A stretch of DNA of 64,000 nucleotides, taken from positions 496,001 to 560,000 of the forward strand of contig JBPGPT010000004.1 of assembly GCA_051047955.1 (NCBI GenBank), in the 5' to 3' direction. The stretch is from Cystobasidiomycetes sp. EMM_F5 (lineage: Eukaryota). The notes under the pieces were generated by a model. That model did not search any database and was not told the origin of the DNA. It saw only the letters and a program-made list of their open reading frames with translations. Made by a program: the position numbers and the translations under genes. This document shows, piece by piece, positions 47,379 to 64,000 of this stretch; positions within the stretch are counted from its first letter, which is position 1, and each line of letters opens with the position of its first letter.

Positions 47379-50300
47379 TCATCGTGTAGACGACGACAGC
47401 ATCCGCTCGCGATCCTTTCGACTGCCTCGGTCCAGCTGATTGAACGCAGATCGTACTCCGCCAAGATTTCCAGTACCGATTGCAGCATTGAAAGCCTCCA
47501 AGAATCGTCGACGCTCGAGTTCTCGCAAAGACTTGGGTGGTATCTGCGCGACAGCATTCGGCACCCAGACAGCTAGCTCCTGCGGGAAGCGCTCGGCTAT
47601 TAGGCGAGTGAGGGTAATGGCAGTCGGAGTGCAATCTTCGTGCAAGTCCGTGACTATCCGAGTGGTTATGATCTGAACCAACTGCGCGCCGATATCAGGT
47701 TGTACAAACGCCGATCGAACAGCGTTGGCATACGCCGTGTTGGCAGCGGCAGCTGCGGGATCTGCACCAGGCGGAGCGCGTGCTGACAGGCAATCGTGAC
47801 CAACGACTGACCGCATCGTGTCCAGGCCATCCAGAGCAACGTTCGCTGATAGTAGGGTCGTAGCTGCTACAGCTATCCGCAAGGCGTTGCTGAGTGAATC
47901 TGAAAGTAAGCCAAGCTCCGGGGCAGCTTCGATCAGATTTCTAGCAAAGTGCAGGTAGTCTTCTATGCCTGGACGAGCCAAACAGTCAGGTTCAATGCGC
48001 TTCTCGATGCCGCAGAGTCATATCTTACAATCTTGAATGTTGGCAGGATCTGCTTCTGCAGACAACATGGCCACGAGCTTATTGGTGATCTCGGTGAACG
48101 CCGTCTGTAGGTCGGCTTTGAGTTGATTGAGTGCGGCTTGGTCTATGTTCGGGAGCCGCAGAAGCTCTGGCACGCGACCAGCTATCCATACGTAGCCCGA
48201 TACACCCGTCTGCTGAAAGTTTAGCGTCATCCTGTTGAGCACCTGAGGTATCAGGGGTATGCATAGCGGTCCGAAGAAAGTCATGCCTCGTCGGATGGTG
48301 GAGCAAGCTCGCTCCGATAGCTTGGTGTTGCTGCCAAATTGGACCAGCAGGCTCTCCAAGATCTGCCATACTTGTTGCGCTGTTGCCGCACATTCAGATG
48401 GAAGACTCTCGCTGAGGTATGCATTGACGTGGAGATAAGTGTTGAGTCTCTCCAAAGAGTCTGTTGTCTACTGTCAGCCGTAAGAAACACATGCAGAAGG
48501 TATGAGCGTACCAGCTGCAGCTGTCAATTCAGCTTTCGTAGCTGTACCGTCGCTTCTTGCACTGAGCACTTGAACCTGCGCGAGTAGCGGTCCACAAAAG
48601 GTTTGCAAAGCAGCAACTGCTTCTGCGGGTGCCATCTTTGCAATGATATGGGCAAAGCCTTCCGTAATCTCTAGAAGGTCATCTTGGTGCAGCGATGAGC
48701 CATACTGCTGGGTGAAGTCGAAAAGGGCCGGTAAGTAAGTGACAAGATGCTGACTGCAGTCTTTGCACAAGTATTTCAGCGCGGCGGCACTTGCTACTGC
48801 CACATCATCTTGCTGCGTGTGGAAGCCAGCCAGGATATATTCTAGCATAGAAGGGATGAGTGTAGGATGAACCGATAGCCACTCAGTGTATCTGGACACC
48901 ACGAGGGTAGCGGCATATCGAATTTTGCTTTCAGACTGCGGCAGGCGAGGTATCGCAGCGAAGACCCGTGGCATTATTTGATCCTCTTGCAGGTCGACTC
49001 GCATACCCATCGCTCGCATACTGAACAAAGCAGCCTCAATGGCTTGCCAGCTTCCGGATGCACCCTTAGCCACTTCTGATTCGATGATGTCCAACGAACG
49101 GCCTAGACATGCAGCTGTGCCAAGGACAGAGCAGCAGTCTTTGAGAGTATCCCCGATATCGTGGCGGAAAGCGCGAAAGTCGTCCTTCTCCTGCCCAGTG
49201 AGGGTATTTAGGTCTTGAGGATACTGCAGGTGTGCGATGACTATATCGACCAGTCGTCCGATGACGGTCAAGAATGGCTGGCACGATGCATCGTTCAGAA
49301 AACCGCCTTTACGCAAGCCTACAGACAGCTTGTACCAAAAGTTTAGGGTAATTCCGACGACTTCGAGATCGCTACAAGCCGCGCAGTCGGCAATAGCCTC
49401 AACCAACGGCAGAAACTCGGCTGGATGCTGCAGCATGAGCTGAGCATACCATTCTCCCGCTTCGACCAGAACCCGGCAGTAGCCTTGTATCCTGTCTCCA
49501 TCTTCCGCAGCGATGTCTGCTGTCAATCGTGGCCGTTGTTGTACTAACCTCGGTACAATGGCTTGTATGACTTGCATGTTTTCACCGACTTCCTGAGTTT
49601 CGTGAATGAGGTCAACTAATGCATCGACTCCGTCGTCAAAGAGTTCTTCTGATGTCAATGCCGTAAAGATGAAGTCGAAGAAAGGCGTCTCCTGCACGTC
49701 TATGGGATCTACTTCGCCCGCTCGTAGCCATGCTCGTACAGTATTGAGAGTCTGCTTTTGCACTGCTGGCGTGATGCCTATCGTATCGCTGTCAGTAAGA
49801 GAAGCGAGGGCGCTATAGTTTACATACCTGGCGCTTGCAGGTACATCGACAGTAGGGACAGGACTTTCTCGCCGGCCCGTGCGTGCCTCCATGTGGTATC
49901 GTTCTACTCGAAAGCAAAATCAGTACGAATTGCGAGAATCGTAATGTGTCCCCCACTCACGGTCACTGTTATCCGACTGTTACTATTGTATTCTTCGGGC
50001 AATTGAAGCAGAAATTCGAGCAAGGCAGGCACGGTGGACGCATCGCTGCCAAGTACCTCCACCATCTCTTGCACAGGATTCTGCCAACTCGGCAATTGCA
50101 GCAGCAGATCCGCCAAGGCTAGACATAATTGCGTAAGAATTGCTTTAGGGCCGGTGACGGCCTGTCGAATGGCTGCCACGAGCGTGTCCTTGAGCGGATA
50201 CTGTTGCTCCTGCGGTAATTGGTCGAGGTCATATATGATCTAGTATAATTGAATGTTTGTGACAAGTTGGTCAGATTGGCTCTGGGAATGATTCGTCTGA

Positions 50301-50663
50301 GGAGGCAGCCTTCGCTGCCGAATGAGCCGTATAGGTCATCGCAGCATCATATCGCATGTACTGGGCTGCTCCCAGCTCGTCCGGGCGTAGATTCATTGCT
50401 GACCTTTGTTCTGAATGTCTGCGCTGCAAACAACTTGGGTTCTTGCGGAGCGTCTGGCGCTGCCAGTATGACATTTGCAGTCTCCCATGCTTCTGGCTGC
50501 TCAAAGTAGGGCGTCTCAGTCATCCAAGCTTGTTTCGTTCACTTGAATCCAGTAAATTGCCGACCTCTTTCTGAAACGCCTGCAGCCATTGATTTGCCTG
50601 TTCTTTCGCAGCGTTTGATGGGTCAGTGTACAGAGTCTCAAGAGCACTCAGTACAGCTTGCAT
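47379..50663 (-). CDS. MTR10: Transportin-SR / Mtr10 importin-beta karyopherin
   Basis: KEQANQWLQAFQKE..AWE, LFAAQTFRTKIIYDL, TQLCLALADL, LEFLLQLPEE, FRAFRHDIGDTLKDCC and WQAIEAALFSMRAMG. Confidence 0.92.
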
Positions 50664-50886
50664 GTTTATCGGCCGGTCATGGGTTGGAAGTGAAAGTAAA
50701 GATCTGACGTTGGACTTGGGTCAGCTTTACAACAACTGGATGTAATGTCAAGCCAGACTTGCGCGACGAACAAGCACACCAGTTAATGCGCATTCTGTAT
50801 ACTGCATTACGGCTAGACACGCCATCCGAGATCATCCAGATAAACCGATATATCGCTATGGACGGCATACCAATAAATATCCAGTC

Positions 50887-52113
50887 CTACACGACTGCCT
50901 CCCGCTGCTTTCCTTTCCCCTTGACGTCCTTCTTTCCTTTCCCAAATGTGTATGCTCTCGCAGCGCCGCCTCTTCCATACGCAGCGGTGACGAGTCCAGA
51001 CGCATTGGCTGCTGCTTCATGTTCTGCAAGCTTCTTTCGGGCATCTGCGAGGATTTGCTCCCTTCTCGTCTTTGTAACAGCGACTTCCTCAACAGTGGGT
51101 GCACTGCCGGCTCCACCTCGACCTACAATCGTGAATTCAGGTATAGCTGGTAGGGATGAGCCAGACGACTTGATGGACGGAGAACGCGAGCCTATCTGTA
51201 TAGATCTCCTCCGCAATTCGCCCAAAGATTCTGTACTGCTGGCCATACTTTTGCGTTGTAGATTTGACGAGCCGGGTGTATGCTGGAGTATCCGATCGAC
51301 AAAAGCTTTCCCCCCAGTTTTCCCGCTGCCTGATCCTGTTGACGATCTGGACCCTCCCGATGACATGGATGCCACATCGCTAATCACAGGCACAGCTACT
51401 GTCCTGCCTGCTCCTCCTCTTCCATAAGCAGGCACGCGTTCTTCGCGCTCACTCGCCTCTTTCCACACAGAAGTCTCCGTCACAGTCGTAAAGACTGTTT
51501 CTGCTTCTTCGACTGTTATTTCTCCATCGTCTGTATTCAGCGGCTGAACGACGAGTTTCAAGGTTCCCTGCGTCTGCTGTTTACGCTTATGCCGTTCACA
51601 AAAATCGGGTACAGATTTGGCGGAGAGAAGAGTCCGACCAGAAGGGTGATTGGGAGAAGTAGGACCTGACACTTCTGGTGAGCGCAGGCCTGGTACATGT
51701 CTGGCATTGTACATGTCGAATTGCGCAAAAGCGGTTGCCACAGGAGGCGGTGATTTAGGAGGATTGGAAGCGCCGGGAGATATCGGTGTAAGCTCGATGT
51801 TCAAGGCTTCCGGCTTTTGGCGTCCTTTGGAAGATATCCGAAGTTTGCTCAGTAGACTGCTCTTCTTTGGCTTGACGTGTCGTTCTTGTGATTTTTCCGA
51901 TAACGATGAGGAGGGTGTTTGCGGCAGGAACGCATCCCAGTCTACCTGTTGACGCGCAAGAGGCGCTGCGATGATAAATTTGGGAGGTGGCGCAGGAATG
52001 TCGGATGTAACTATCGAGTCGATAGATGGCGCGTACACGCTATATGCTTGCGTCGAGCTAGTCGATGCGAATGATTGGGTGCTAGTGCTCGAGCTACGAA
52101 GCCTGTTCATCAT
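50887..52113 (-). CDS. Hypothetical Ser-rich protein with three GRGGA(G/A) motifs (DUF3602-like)
   Basis: Single 408-aa ORF with YGRGGAG, VGRGGAG and YGRGGAA. Confidence 0.7.
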   Translation of the reverse strand: MMNRLRSSSTSTQSFASTSSTQAYSVYAPSIDSIVTSDIPAPPPKFIIAAPLARQQVDWDAFLPQTPSSSLSEKSQERHVKPKKSSLLSKLRISSKGRQKPEALNIELTPISPGASNPPKSPPPVATAFAQFDMYNARHVPGLRSPEVSGPTSPNHPSGRTLLSAKSVPDFCERHKRKQQTQGTLKLVVQPLNTDDGEITVEEAETVFTTVTETSVWKEASEREERVPAYGRGGAGRTVAVPVISDVASMSSGGSRSSTGSGSGKTGGKAFVDRILQHTPGSSNLQRKSMASSTESLGELRRRSIQIGSRSPSIKSSGSSLPAIPEFTIVGRGGAGSAPTVEEVAVTKTRREQILADARKKLAEHEAAANASGLVTAAYGRGGAARAYTFGKGKKDVKGKGKQREAVV

Positions 52114-52740
52114 GGTGGGCAGCGAGTGTGCGGTTTCCGAGATTGCATGCTCCGATGTCAGCGATTGAATATCACCGGCAGCGTAGATGATTCAGCAATG
52201 AATAAGGAAAAGGCAGACCCATCATCAAAATCTACAATTAGCCAATCCATCAAACGCGCACAAGCGCCCACGAAGTCAGTTTGTCAAACGGACCCCTTCC
52301 GACAGACCTCCAAGGGCCTCGCCTGCGTCAGGATCAAAACACGAACGGCATTGGAAGCCTTATCGTGCAGAGTTGTGCGGTGTTTAGCAGGACACGTCTA
52401 GGGTTCCGCTGCCACATGCGAGTGTAATTTGGACTTCAGCGGGCCGATGCCTTGACGGCTGAGAGCATTGCTCCAAGTTTGCGGGGATGATTTCTGGAGC
52501 GGCCAGCGCTGTTGAAAAGGAAGGACGATGTCATTATGCGATGCCAATGTCAGTTTGCGCCTGCAGCGTCCATTTGAATGATGAATTGCGAAACGGAGAG
52601 TCAATGCGACGGAGTTCTCAGAGACATACATCCATGTTGGGCGTCACACAACCCTTACAGCCGACTTGACGCGGGAGCAGCAGTCTGCCTGCACGGCATG
52701 GCTTTCTGACTCGAAAGACCGTTTGCAGTCGTATTCCAGG

Positions 52741-54670
52741 ATGTCTGATACTCCTGAAGTCCGCGTCCCCCAGTTCGAACCATCAGATGCAAGACCACAA
52801 AATGGCATCGGAGAAGATACCAACCTCGACTCACAGTATCCTCCGCCGCAAAGGGCATCCGCTGACGAAGACGCTGCTATTCCGCGAACTGATGGAGGGA
52901 GAGCAGCCTTGCAGTTCTTGTAGGCATCGAATAGCCGATACTGAAAGATAATGCCTGGGTTTATTCTGACTAATGTACTCAAAGAGCTGCCGCGTTCGTT
53001 ATCGAATCAGTGACATGGTCGCAACCCGTCTCTTACGGTGTTCTACTGAATGAATACCTGACAAAGTCCAGCGGACTTGACAATGGCAATCACGCAAGAG
53101 TCCTGCTATCGCTGGCCGGCACATGCCAGAGTGGACTTATATATTGTACAGCCCCATTGGTATGCTGGCTATATTACATAAGGGCGCCATGCTATTCTGG
53201 TTACTGAGCGAGTGATACATTTAGGTCTATCGGATGGTTGGAACGTATCCGCAATATTTGAAAACGTTGCTATGGGCAGGAGCAGCTGCTCTGTGCGCAA
53301 GCCAATTCCTGGCGAGCTTTGCGAATGAGGTACTGTAATAGTACACGCGTTGTCAATGACAATCTTCTCAATTGTCTCTCGTCAGCCCTACCAAATTGTT
53401 CTCACGCAAGGCATTCTGTACTCGCTTGGAGGAAGCATACTCTTCAATGGGACATTCTCTCTCATCCCAGAGTGGTTTGTTCGAAGGCGTGGTCTGGCAA
53501 GCGGTATTTGCTATGCTGGTAAGCCGAGACTCGGAGGGACTTACCACCCACTGATGCGGTTCTGGTGTGTTGCAGGCACGTCTGTGGGTGGTATATTCCT
53601 GCCATACCTACTTGCCGCACTGCTACCTAGGTACGGTTGGCGAACAACCTTGCGCTGTCTGGTAAATCAAATCCACCAGATCAGTATCGTGTGCTCACCA
53701 CATCCCTACAGGCGATCGGTAGCTGTGTCCTTTTGGCGCCCGCAGTATACTACATCCGAGGTCGTATGCCGGCCCGCCAGAGAGGCCGAGTCATACTCAA
53801 TAGCCCGCTCAAGACTAGCCAAATGCTCTCTGACCGGATCCTGTGGTTGTATTCTGCCTCGACTGTATTGCAGGGCCTGGGGTACTTTATGACGACATTG
53901 TATCTGCCTAGTATGTGTGATCACTCGAGCTTGGGATAAGGCGACTGAATTACACCTCAGCATTTGCGAGCTCGCTACGATTGAGTGGAGTGGAGTCTTC
54001 GACAACCTTATCATTGGTCAACGGTCAGTACATTTGAGTGCATGGTTGTATCTCCTCTTCTCGCTTACCTGCGACGTACCAGGCTCTGCACTCATTTCCC
54101 GCCTCACCGTCGGCGCTTTGGCAGACTTCTTATCCCCGTACATGCTGGCATCCCTCACTCTCGGGTGCAGCGGTTTAGCTGTGTTTCTGATCTGGGGCAT
54201 TGCTTCCACTAAGATTGCGCCACTAATGGCGTTCAGTGCTGTGTTTGGCCTACTATGCGGTGGCTTCACCTCGCTAGGCAGCGGACTAGCTAAGGATCTT
54301 GCTGGTAATGCATTGAGCGCACACTTCTAGATGCCTGCTGATCTGTGTCGTCATAGGCGATGACCTAAAGCAGAGCCATCTGATCTTTGGTCTTGTCAGT
54401 ATGATGCGGGGATTGGGAAACATTCTGACGGTACGATACTAGGAGGTCTTTGTCGATTCTTGTTATGCTGACGCGACCAATCGCGCCATACAGTCTCCCC
54501 TATCCTCACTCCTGTTAAAAGATCCCTCCAGGTCACAGGGCGAGCCAAGTACAGTCTATGCGACCAATTTCTCGGCAATAGTTATCTTTGTTGGCGTGTC
54601 TTTGACGCTATCAGCCCTGACGAGCATGACGGCCGGATTGCTCAGGCGTCGACGTCGAAAAGCAGAATAG
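52741..54670 (+). CDS. MFS monocarboxylate-porter-family transporter
   Basis: DGGRAALQFL, SYGVLLNEY, LTQGILYSLGG, IPEWFVRRRGLASGICYAGTSVGG, YGWRTTLR and GALAD; many introns. Confidence 0.87.
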
Positions 54671-54823
54671 CTTGCTTGATAGTGTGCCATACTGTGGTGT
54701 AATCAGACATGTAGCGAAACTCGACGAAATCAGCCTATTTCCGCGTCTCAGGCACAATTTCCAACGCGTAAACGAGATGCACTGCTGTTTTGCTCTGCAC
54801 CATCTCTGCATATCCAATCAAAC

Positions 54824-58114
<3,291 letters not shown>

Positions 58115-58644
58115 AGAAAGATTGGGATCTGTGTGGAGTTTCGTGATGGCAAGTCAGGGGATAATCGGGCAGCGTTCGAGTTTCATATTGTTGTTTCCTT
58201 CTTGCTTGCTACAAGACACTACATGTCATGCATCGGTTTCGATTGCTATATAAATCGACTGTCTCCGCGTTGCCGTGCGAGCACTGGCTCGTTTCCCGTG
58301 TCCAGCGCTACCAGAGGGGAGTGATGACAAGCTCTGTGCGAATTCAAGGCTACCGGCGATCAGCATCCACACGACTGATACGAGGATATGGACGCAAACA
58401 CTCGCATTCAAGCGTTTGGTGGGGCAATCTTCGCTTAGTCTTCGTGCTGAGAAGTTGTTCCCATGCTGCAACTTGTGATGTTGTTGTAATGCGGCGCAGT
58501 GAGTGGCACTATGTCCGCTATCTGATCGCATTGCGTGGTGTGAAACAGCGATACAGAAGACTGCCGAACTTTGCCGGGTAAGGTAGCCAAGAACAGCGGT
58601 GGAAGCCAGCTAGAGAGAGTTTCGGCAACGACCAAAATGGCTGC

Positions 58645-59417
58645 TCAGGTCTCGAAGGAAAGCATCTTTTTGTCTGCTTTCCGCTTAGCCTTCTTGGCCG
58701 CCTTCTCCTCCTTTGTTAGTGGCTTTGGGATTGAGGTGTCCAATGCGTCCTCCGCACTAGACGCGCCACTGGCAGATAGAGCAGGGGCAGAAGTATCTGT
58801 ACGCGCTCGTTTTGCCAGTTCTTCAAAAGTCTCGCTCGCTTCGGCATCGTCTCCCGTTTGAACCTTTCTTTTGCCTTCGGAGCTCGAGAAGCGGAGAGAA
58901 GCGCCTTTCTTTGCGGACGTAGTGCTTGCGCTTGTGACGGTCGGCGCATCTGTCAACATGAGCGGTAAAGTGTCAGCTGTGTTACCCACATACAATCTTT
59001 AGACTACCTTTCCGAGCCTCTTGGGCCTCTTGTTCAGTCAAGTCTCGCTTCTCATTCAGCACAACGACCTGCGGAAGCTCGTCTGCTGCATCTTGCTCGT
59101 CGAGTACGGTATGTCCATCGTCCGTTCGTCGTGGGGTACCACCTGGAGCTTCTGATGACGCCGACCTGTGACTCCGAGCAACACTTTCAAACTCAGTGAC
59201 CGCGCTGTGGACTGAGTTTGCCCACGCACTGCTGGCCGCTCAGTGCTGCAATTGCATTCTGCAGAAACTTGGGCTTGTTGTCGACGTAGCTGAGCCCTGG
59301 ATATCAGACATTTGCGCATCAGAGTCACACACGACACGCCTGTACCGCAAGACTACAATAACCACCTCTCAGCTGATTTTTGGATGGTCCCGCGTCATCG
59401 TCTCTGTTCTTGCCCAT
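58645..59417 (-). CDS. DUF4604 / KIAA1143-like small protein
   Basis: Spliced LSYVDNKPKFLQ, DELPQVVVL and a Lys-rich C terminus ending MLSFET. Confidence 0.7.
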
Positions 59418-59820
59418 GTTGGCGGAAGGTTGAGCAGTTAAAGATATTTGACATTGTGCTGGATTGCCTTTCAATTAACAATTTCATTGCTGGCTATGGC
59501 TGTGCGTAGTGCGTTACCCGCTCAGTGTCCAGACTAGGCTAGTATTGCGTTGTGGGATTATCTTTCTCCAATTGTCTGAATTGAAGCTTTATAGACCACA
59601 AACAAGTCACATCCACGTCGATTCAAATGACTACTAACCACTCAAATACTTTTAATCTCTGCTCTAGCACTGCTCCCCAGTCATCGATGCGCTCAATGTC
59701 AGCATCTGCATGTTTGGCTAGTCATCTGCTCAGCATGACTCGATGACGCTGCACACCTCAGACAACTGACAGTTGCTTTAAAAGCATTCTTGCCATCCTG
59801 GTTTCAGCGTCTCGCTACTA

Positions 59821-62000
59821 ATGCAACCTCAGATAAACGTACAAGCTCAGCAGTCCCGTTACCATGTGGATACCCTCAATTCAAGTCCAGAAATTGACTT
59901 GCGCGACGTGTCCATCACCGTGGGCGATACTCCCATCCTTGCATCTGCTCACATCCGTTTCAAAGAAGGTGTCCGCTATGCTCTGCTGGGACGAAATGGG
60001 ACTGGCAAGTCTACCCTCATGAAGGCCCTCTCGGACAACCTCATACCCGGTATCAACCCGGCTCTCCGTATCACTATGCTGTCTCAGGTTGGCGTGCCGG
60101 ATTTGGAGCAAGGTGCACAGACCAGCGTCATTCAGACCGTCCTTTTGGGAGACAAGGAGCGACAAGCATTACTCCGCAAACAAGCTATGCTCAGCGAGGC
60201 TGTCAACAACAACGAAGCCGAGCAAGTCGCTGCTACGCTAGCACAGCTCCTTCTCGAGCAGAGACAGCAGGAGTTGGTAGATGTCCGAAGAATAGCAACC
60301 AGGCGATCTGGTGCTCGAGGCAAAGTAGCTCGAAAAGAGGAGATAGCGGCTGAAGAGGAAGTAAAAGCAGCTGAACAACGGCTGGACGCCTCGCGATGCG
60401 CTCCCTCTGACGACAGCATGGAGAAAGCCGTACAGATGCTCGCGGACATGGAGTTGCAACTCAACCTCGTCAGTAAAGCTATTCACGTTGCTAACACGAA
60501 GCTGAAAAGCCTGAGCTTAACTAGCTGGAGAGCGCTTCGGCGGAAGCACGCGCGCGAGCTATTCTTTCCGGTCTGGGCTTCACCGACTCCATGCTAGATG
60601 GTCCGTATGCTCGCCTATCCGGCGGATGGCGAGGGCGATGCAGCCTCTCTGTCGCACTGCTTGTTCAATGCGACGTCTTGCTTCTCGACGAACCCTCCAA
60701 CTACCTTGATCTCGAAGCTTTGCTCTGGTTGGAGCGATACCTCGTTTCTAGACACGGTACTCTGGTCGTTACGTCCCATGATCAAACGTTTCTCGACCAT
60801 ATCGCACAAGAAACAGTCGTGCTCAAGAATGAGACATTAAAGTATTTTGACGGTACTCCCACCAATTACCAGATCGAGGAGAAGAAAGAGCGTCGCAACC
60901 TCGTTAAACAGCAAGCCGCGCTGGATAAAAAGAAGGAACACATTCAAGCTTCAATTTCACAAGGTATGGCGGCCGCACGAAAGACAGGTGATGACAATAA
61001 AGGGAAAATGGCTAAATCGCGGCAAAAGAAGCTGGACGAACGCTTTGGCGTTGAAAAATCAGCCAAGGGTACCAGATTCAAACTAAATCGAGATCTTGCC
61101 GGCTATCATCTGGCTAATCGAGCTGAGCTGGTTGTAGAGGAGGAAGAAGGCAGCTCGCGAATTAGCCTCCCCGAACCTGCATCTTTGCGCACCACTGGGA
61201 ATTTGATACACCTGGAAAAGGTTTCGCTCAAGTTCAAGGGCACGGCCAAACCTTTGCTGCAAGACGTGAACTTGACGATACCTCAAGGCGCAAAGCTGGC
61301 AATTGTGGGCCAGAACGGGCAAGGCAAGTCTAGTCTAGCCAAGCTCCTAGCTGGTCAGCTCCCACCATCCAGTGGCTCGATCGAGCGACATCCGACAGCG
61401 ACAATAGGTTTCTACTCTCAGCATCTATCCGAAGACCTTTCGTCGGTCGAAGATACTGCACTGCAGCACTTTGCCAAATGTTTGGCTGAAAAGGATCGGA
61501 AAGCGGACGAGCAGACCATCCGGAGAAGCTTAGCTGCGTTTGGCCTGCAGGGGAAAACAGTTTCAGCAACGCCAGTTAAGTCGTTGTCAGGTGGACAGAA
61601 AGTAAGGCTTGCAATGGCGTTAGTTGCATTCTGGCAGCCGTCCCTTCTCATTCTGGATGAGCCTAGCGCTCATCTTGACGTCTCCACTGTGCAAGCTCTT
61701 GGAAGAGCTCTTCGCAATCACAAAGGAGCATTGGTCATTATCACTCACGATCGTTGGCTGTGCAAGTACGCCATCGAAGGATGTTCGTTTACCCAGGCAT
61801 TTGGCGACGATGCAGCGTCAAGAGAAATTGAAGGCGAACACGATTCTAATGAATCAGATACAGCAGAGGACAATAGTCGCGGTCTTGTGCTGCGCATATC
61901 AAATGGCAAGGCGAAGCCAATGGACAAAGGAATTGATGGTCATGTAGAAGCAATCGAGAGGAAGCTTGCCAAGTTCGAAGCTATCTTGAAAAATGGCTAA
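59821..62000 (+). CDS. ABC-F family soluble ATPase (two ABC domains, no TM segments)
   Basis: GRNGTGKST, LSGGW and LLLDEPSN; GQNGQGKSS, LSGGQ, LILDEPS and ITHDR. Confidence 0.92.
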
Positions 62001-62071
62001 TTGTGGATACATTGGCGATGTCTTCAGTCAATAGCGTTTTACTTTCTGAGTCAAGCTACACCCTGTCTTCG

Positions 62072-63191
62072 TTATGGCTCGCCGGTACCCTTTCTCGTTC
62101 CTTTTGCCATATCGCTCTGTGCCTCATCGCGCAGATAGCGTCCATAGATTTCTTCGTAGTACTTTTCCTCACTCAGCGTGCGGACTACACTGTCCCGTTG
62201 CAAGATTGTCTTTCTCCAGTTTTTGAATCCGTCGTTTAGCAAATCGTCCTTCAAACCCCGATGTTGTTCCAGAATGTACAAGCGTGCTGCAAATGGTGCA
62301 AGGATAATGTCTGCAAAAGTAAGGTCCTCGCCCGCCCTGTTGTACAAAGACCAGCGTCAAGCGCTATGCCAACTTTTGCAAACTATGCTCACCAGTATGG
62401 CCCTTTCACTCCGTCACCGAAGTGGTTGAGCGCTTTCACCACATCCTTGAGGCCCTCGGCCTGTTTGTCGGCATCTTGTGCTTGGAGGCAGCGGAAGTAC
62501 GCTGGGATGAATGACTTGCTGGTGTGCTAGCAGAAACTACGAATCAGTAACTGCTAATGTTGGGCGGCCACACATGCTTACATCCACAGAGATCCTAGCT
62601 TGAGCGGCAGTATATGCATCATTGGACCGCAGGCGCGGAGTGTGTTCCGGATATGCTGTAATGGGAGCGACTATTTTCAGTGATGTTATCGCGACACCGC
62701 GGCTGTGAGGTTATATACCATCTTCTAGATATTCAAGAATGACTTGGGACTCATGTAAAGGCTTGCCCTTGATCGAAATTGCCTGAGAAGACGCTTTCAG
62801 TATGCGTTCTTGAAACGATGTAGGAGAGTGCGTACAGGGACTAGACCTTTCGGGCTGACTTTGAGAAATTGTTCATCCTTGTGATAGGGATTCTCCTCCT
62901 CTGTAGTGAGTTGTGATACTCGTCAGAAACGTACACGCAATGGATCGGCTCTTGCAGAACCTACTGTACTGATACGGTATCTTCTTTTCTTCCAATGCGA
63001 TCCAGACTCGTTGAACAAAGCTAACATGGAAGGTTTGATATGCGGCGTTTTCGAACAGTATACTGAATGAAAGCTTACGGGCAAAACCAACCGCTATAGA
63101 AGATAAGATCCTGCGGGTCTTGATGCGCGTTGACAGTCGAGATGGCTTTACCGGTGGCAGTAGGGTGGATATCAGCGTCTGGCATACCCAT
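62072..63191 (-). CDS. Glutathione S-transferase, omega-like (CPF active site)
   Basis: YSGWFCPFVQRVWIALEEK, ENPYHK, PKGLVP, HESQVILEYLED and LTFADIILAPF. Confidence 0.9.
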
Positions 63192-63220
63192 GATGATGAT
63201 GATGATGAATGATGATGAAT
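63190..63220. repeat. (ATG/CAT)n microsatellite abutting the GST start codon
   Basis: atgatgatgatgatgatgaatgatgatgaat. Confidence 0.85.
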
Positions 63221-63385
63221 TAGTGGTATTAGATCGTATTAGTTAGTTCGTAGCAGGTAAAGGTGCATTCGTTTGAAATGGCGTAATGCTGACAGATCAG
63301 CATGAATCACGTGCCTTGTCGCCACAAGCGGTACCGCTCGTTATGACGCGTCTTGCGTGCGAGTACTTGGTTTGATATCTCCACA

Positions 63386-64000
63386 TTACCCAAGGAAATG
63401 TGCGACGCGGTACATTGGCTCTTCATATGTGCCGGCATGATGGGAAAAGGTCGATGCACTCGGCAGTCCGTATGAACTAGCTGAAGGAAAGACAGGTGTC
63501 ATAGGCTCGTACATGCTGAAGGAACGAAATCTGTGGGGGGACACATCGCCATAGTCCGATCCAGTATCCGATTGTGACCATCGCCTCGTGGAGTACGAAT
63601 TTGATGAAGACAGCATATCGCCAAAGCTGCTTGATGGGTTCCCGAAAGAAGATCCGTACAGGCTTTGAAAAGGTCTCGGAGGATCCAACGCCAAGTCGCG
63701 CTTGAGTCTTGCGAAGTCGTCATCTGACAAGACCTCAACTACTTCACTTCAGCTGACAGTGCTTTCGTCGAACACTTCAACTCACGGTCACGCATGATAC
63801 TGTTTCCGAGCCAATCCCCGGCACTTCTCCGATCAGCCGACTGTCTTCGATCAGCTTCTCTGATCTCCTTCTCGAGAATCTCGAGACGATCTCGAGCGCG
63901 CCCTCTTCGTGTCCGCCACAACTCGTCCGTGACAAGCTCCTCACGCATACGCGCCCTATCAAGTTGCTTCTCCAGTTGCGCCTTCGCCCTCTTGGCGGTC
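63386..64000 (-). CDS. Hypothetical coiled-coil protein, 5'-truncated by the window edge
   Basis: Charged helical exon (AKAQLEKQLDRARMREE..LEILEKEIRE), a probable short intron, then ORF 63386-63730. Confidence 0.55.

Noticed and set aside
50240..50403. ~160-nt MTR10 intron with ATGATGC...AGAGCCAAT-CTGA, complementary to LSU AUUGGCUCU; possible snoRNA
   Set aside because: The CTGA lies only ~30 nt from the 3' splice site and doubles as the likely branch point (CTGAC), and the guide is short. Not supportable without cmscan or small-RNA data.

Overview
Gene-dense, intron-rich fungal DNA with short GT-AG introns and CTRAC branch points. The gene content suggests a basidiomycete yeast (inference). 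About 30 protein-coding genes are present. Recognisable ones are a C2H2+RING protein, two SDR-type oxidoreductases, a small Cys-rich secreted protein, MRPL4, GUT1, RIB7, ALG6, a bacterial-AsnB-like amidotransferase, a WD40 protein, an AGC kinase, a Zn2Cys6 transcription factor, two tandem Stealth/XPT1-like genes, a BTB protein, MTC1, MED4, Ran, GID8, MTR10, an MFS transporter, MCM6, a DUF4604 protein, an ABC-F ATPase and an omega-like GST. The best novelty candidate lies at 42.1-43.8 kb: three tandem intronless microprotein genes (73, 66 and 53 aa). They share a QYA motif, a C-terminal (R/K)KRKRG...R-stop and a spaced upstream DNA element, and sit beside Ran, GID8 and MTR10. Two 245-nt GID8 introns appear to host C/D-box snoRNAs. 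CDS spans include introns, and exon joins were read by eye.
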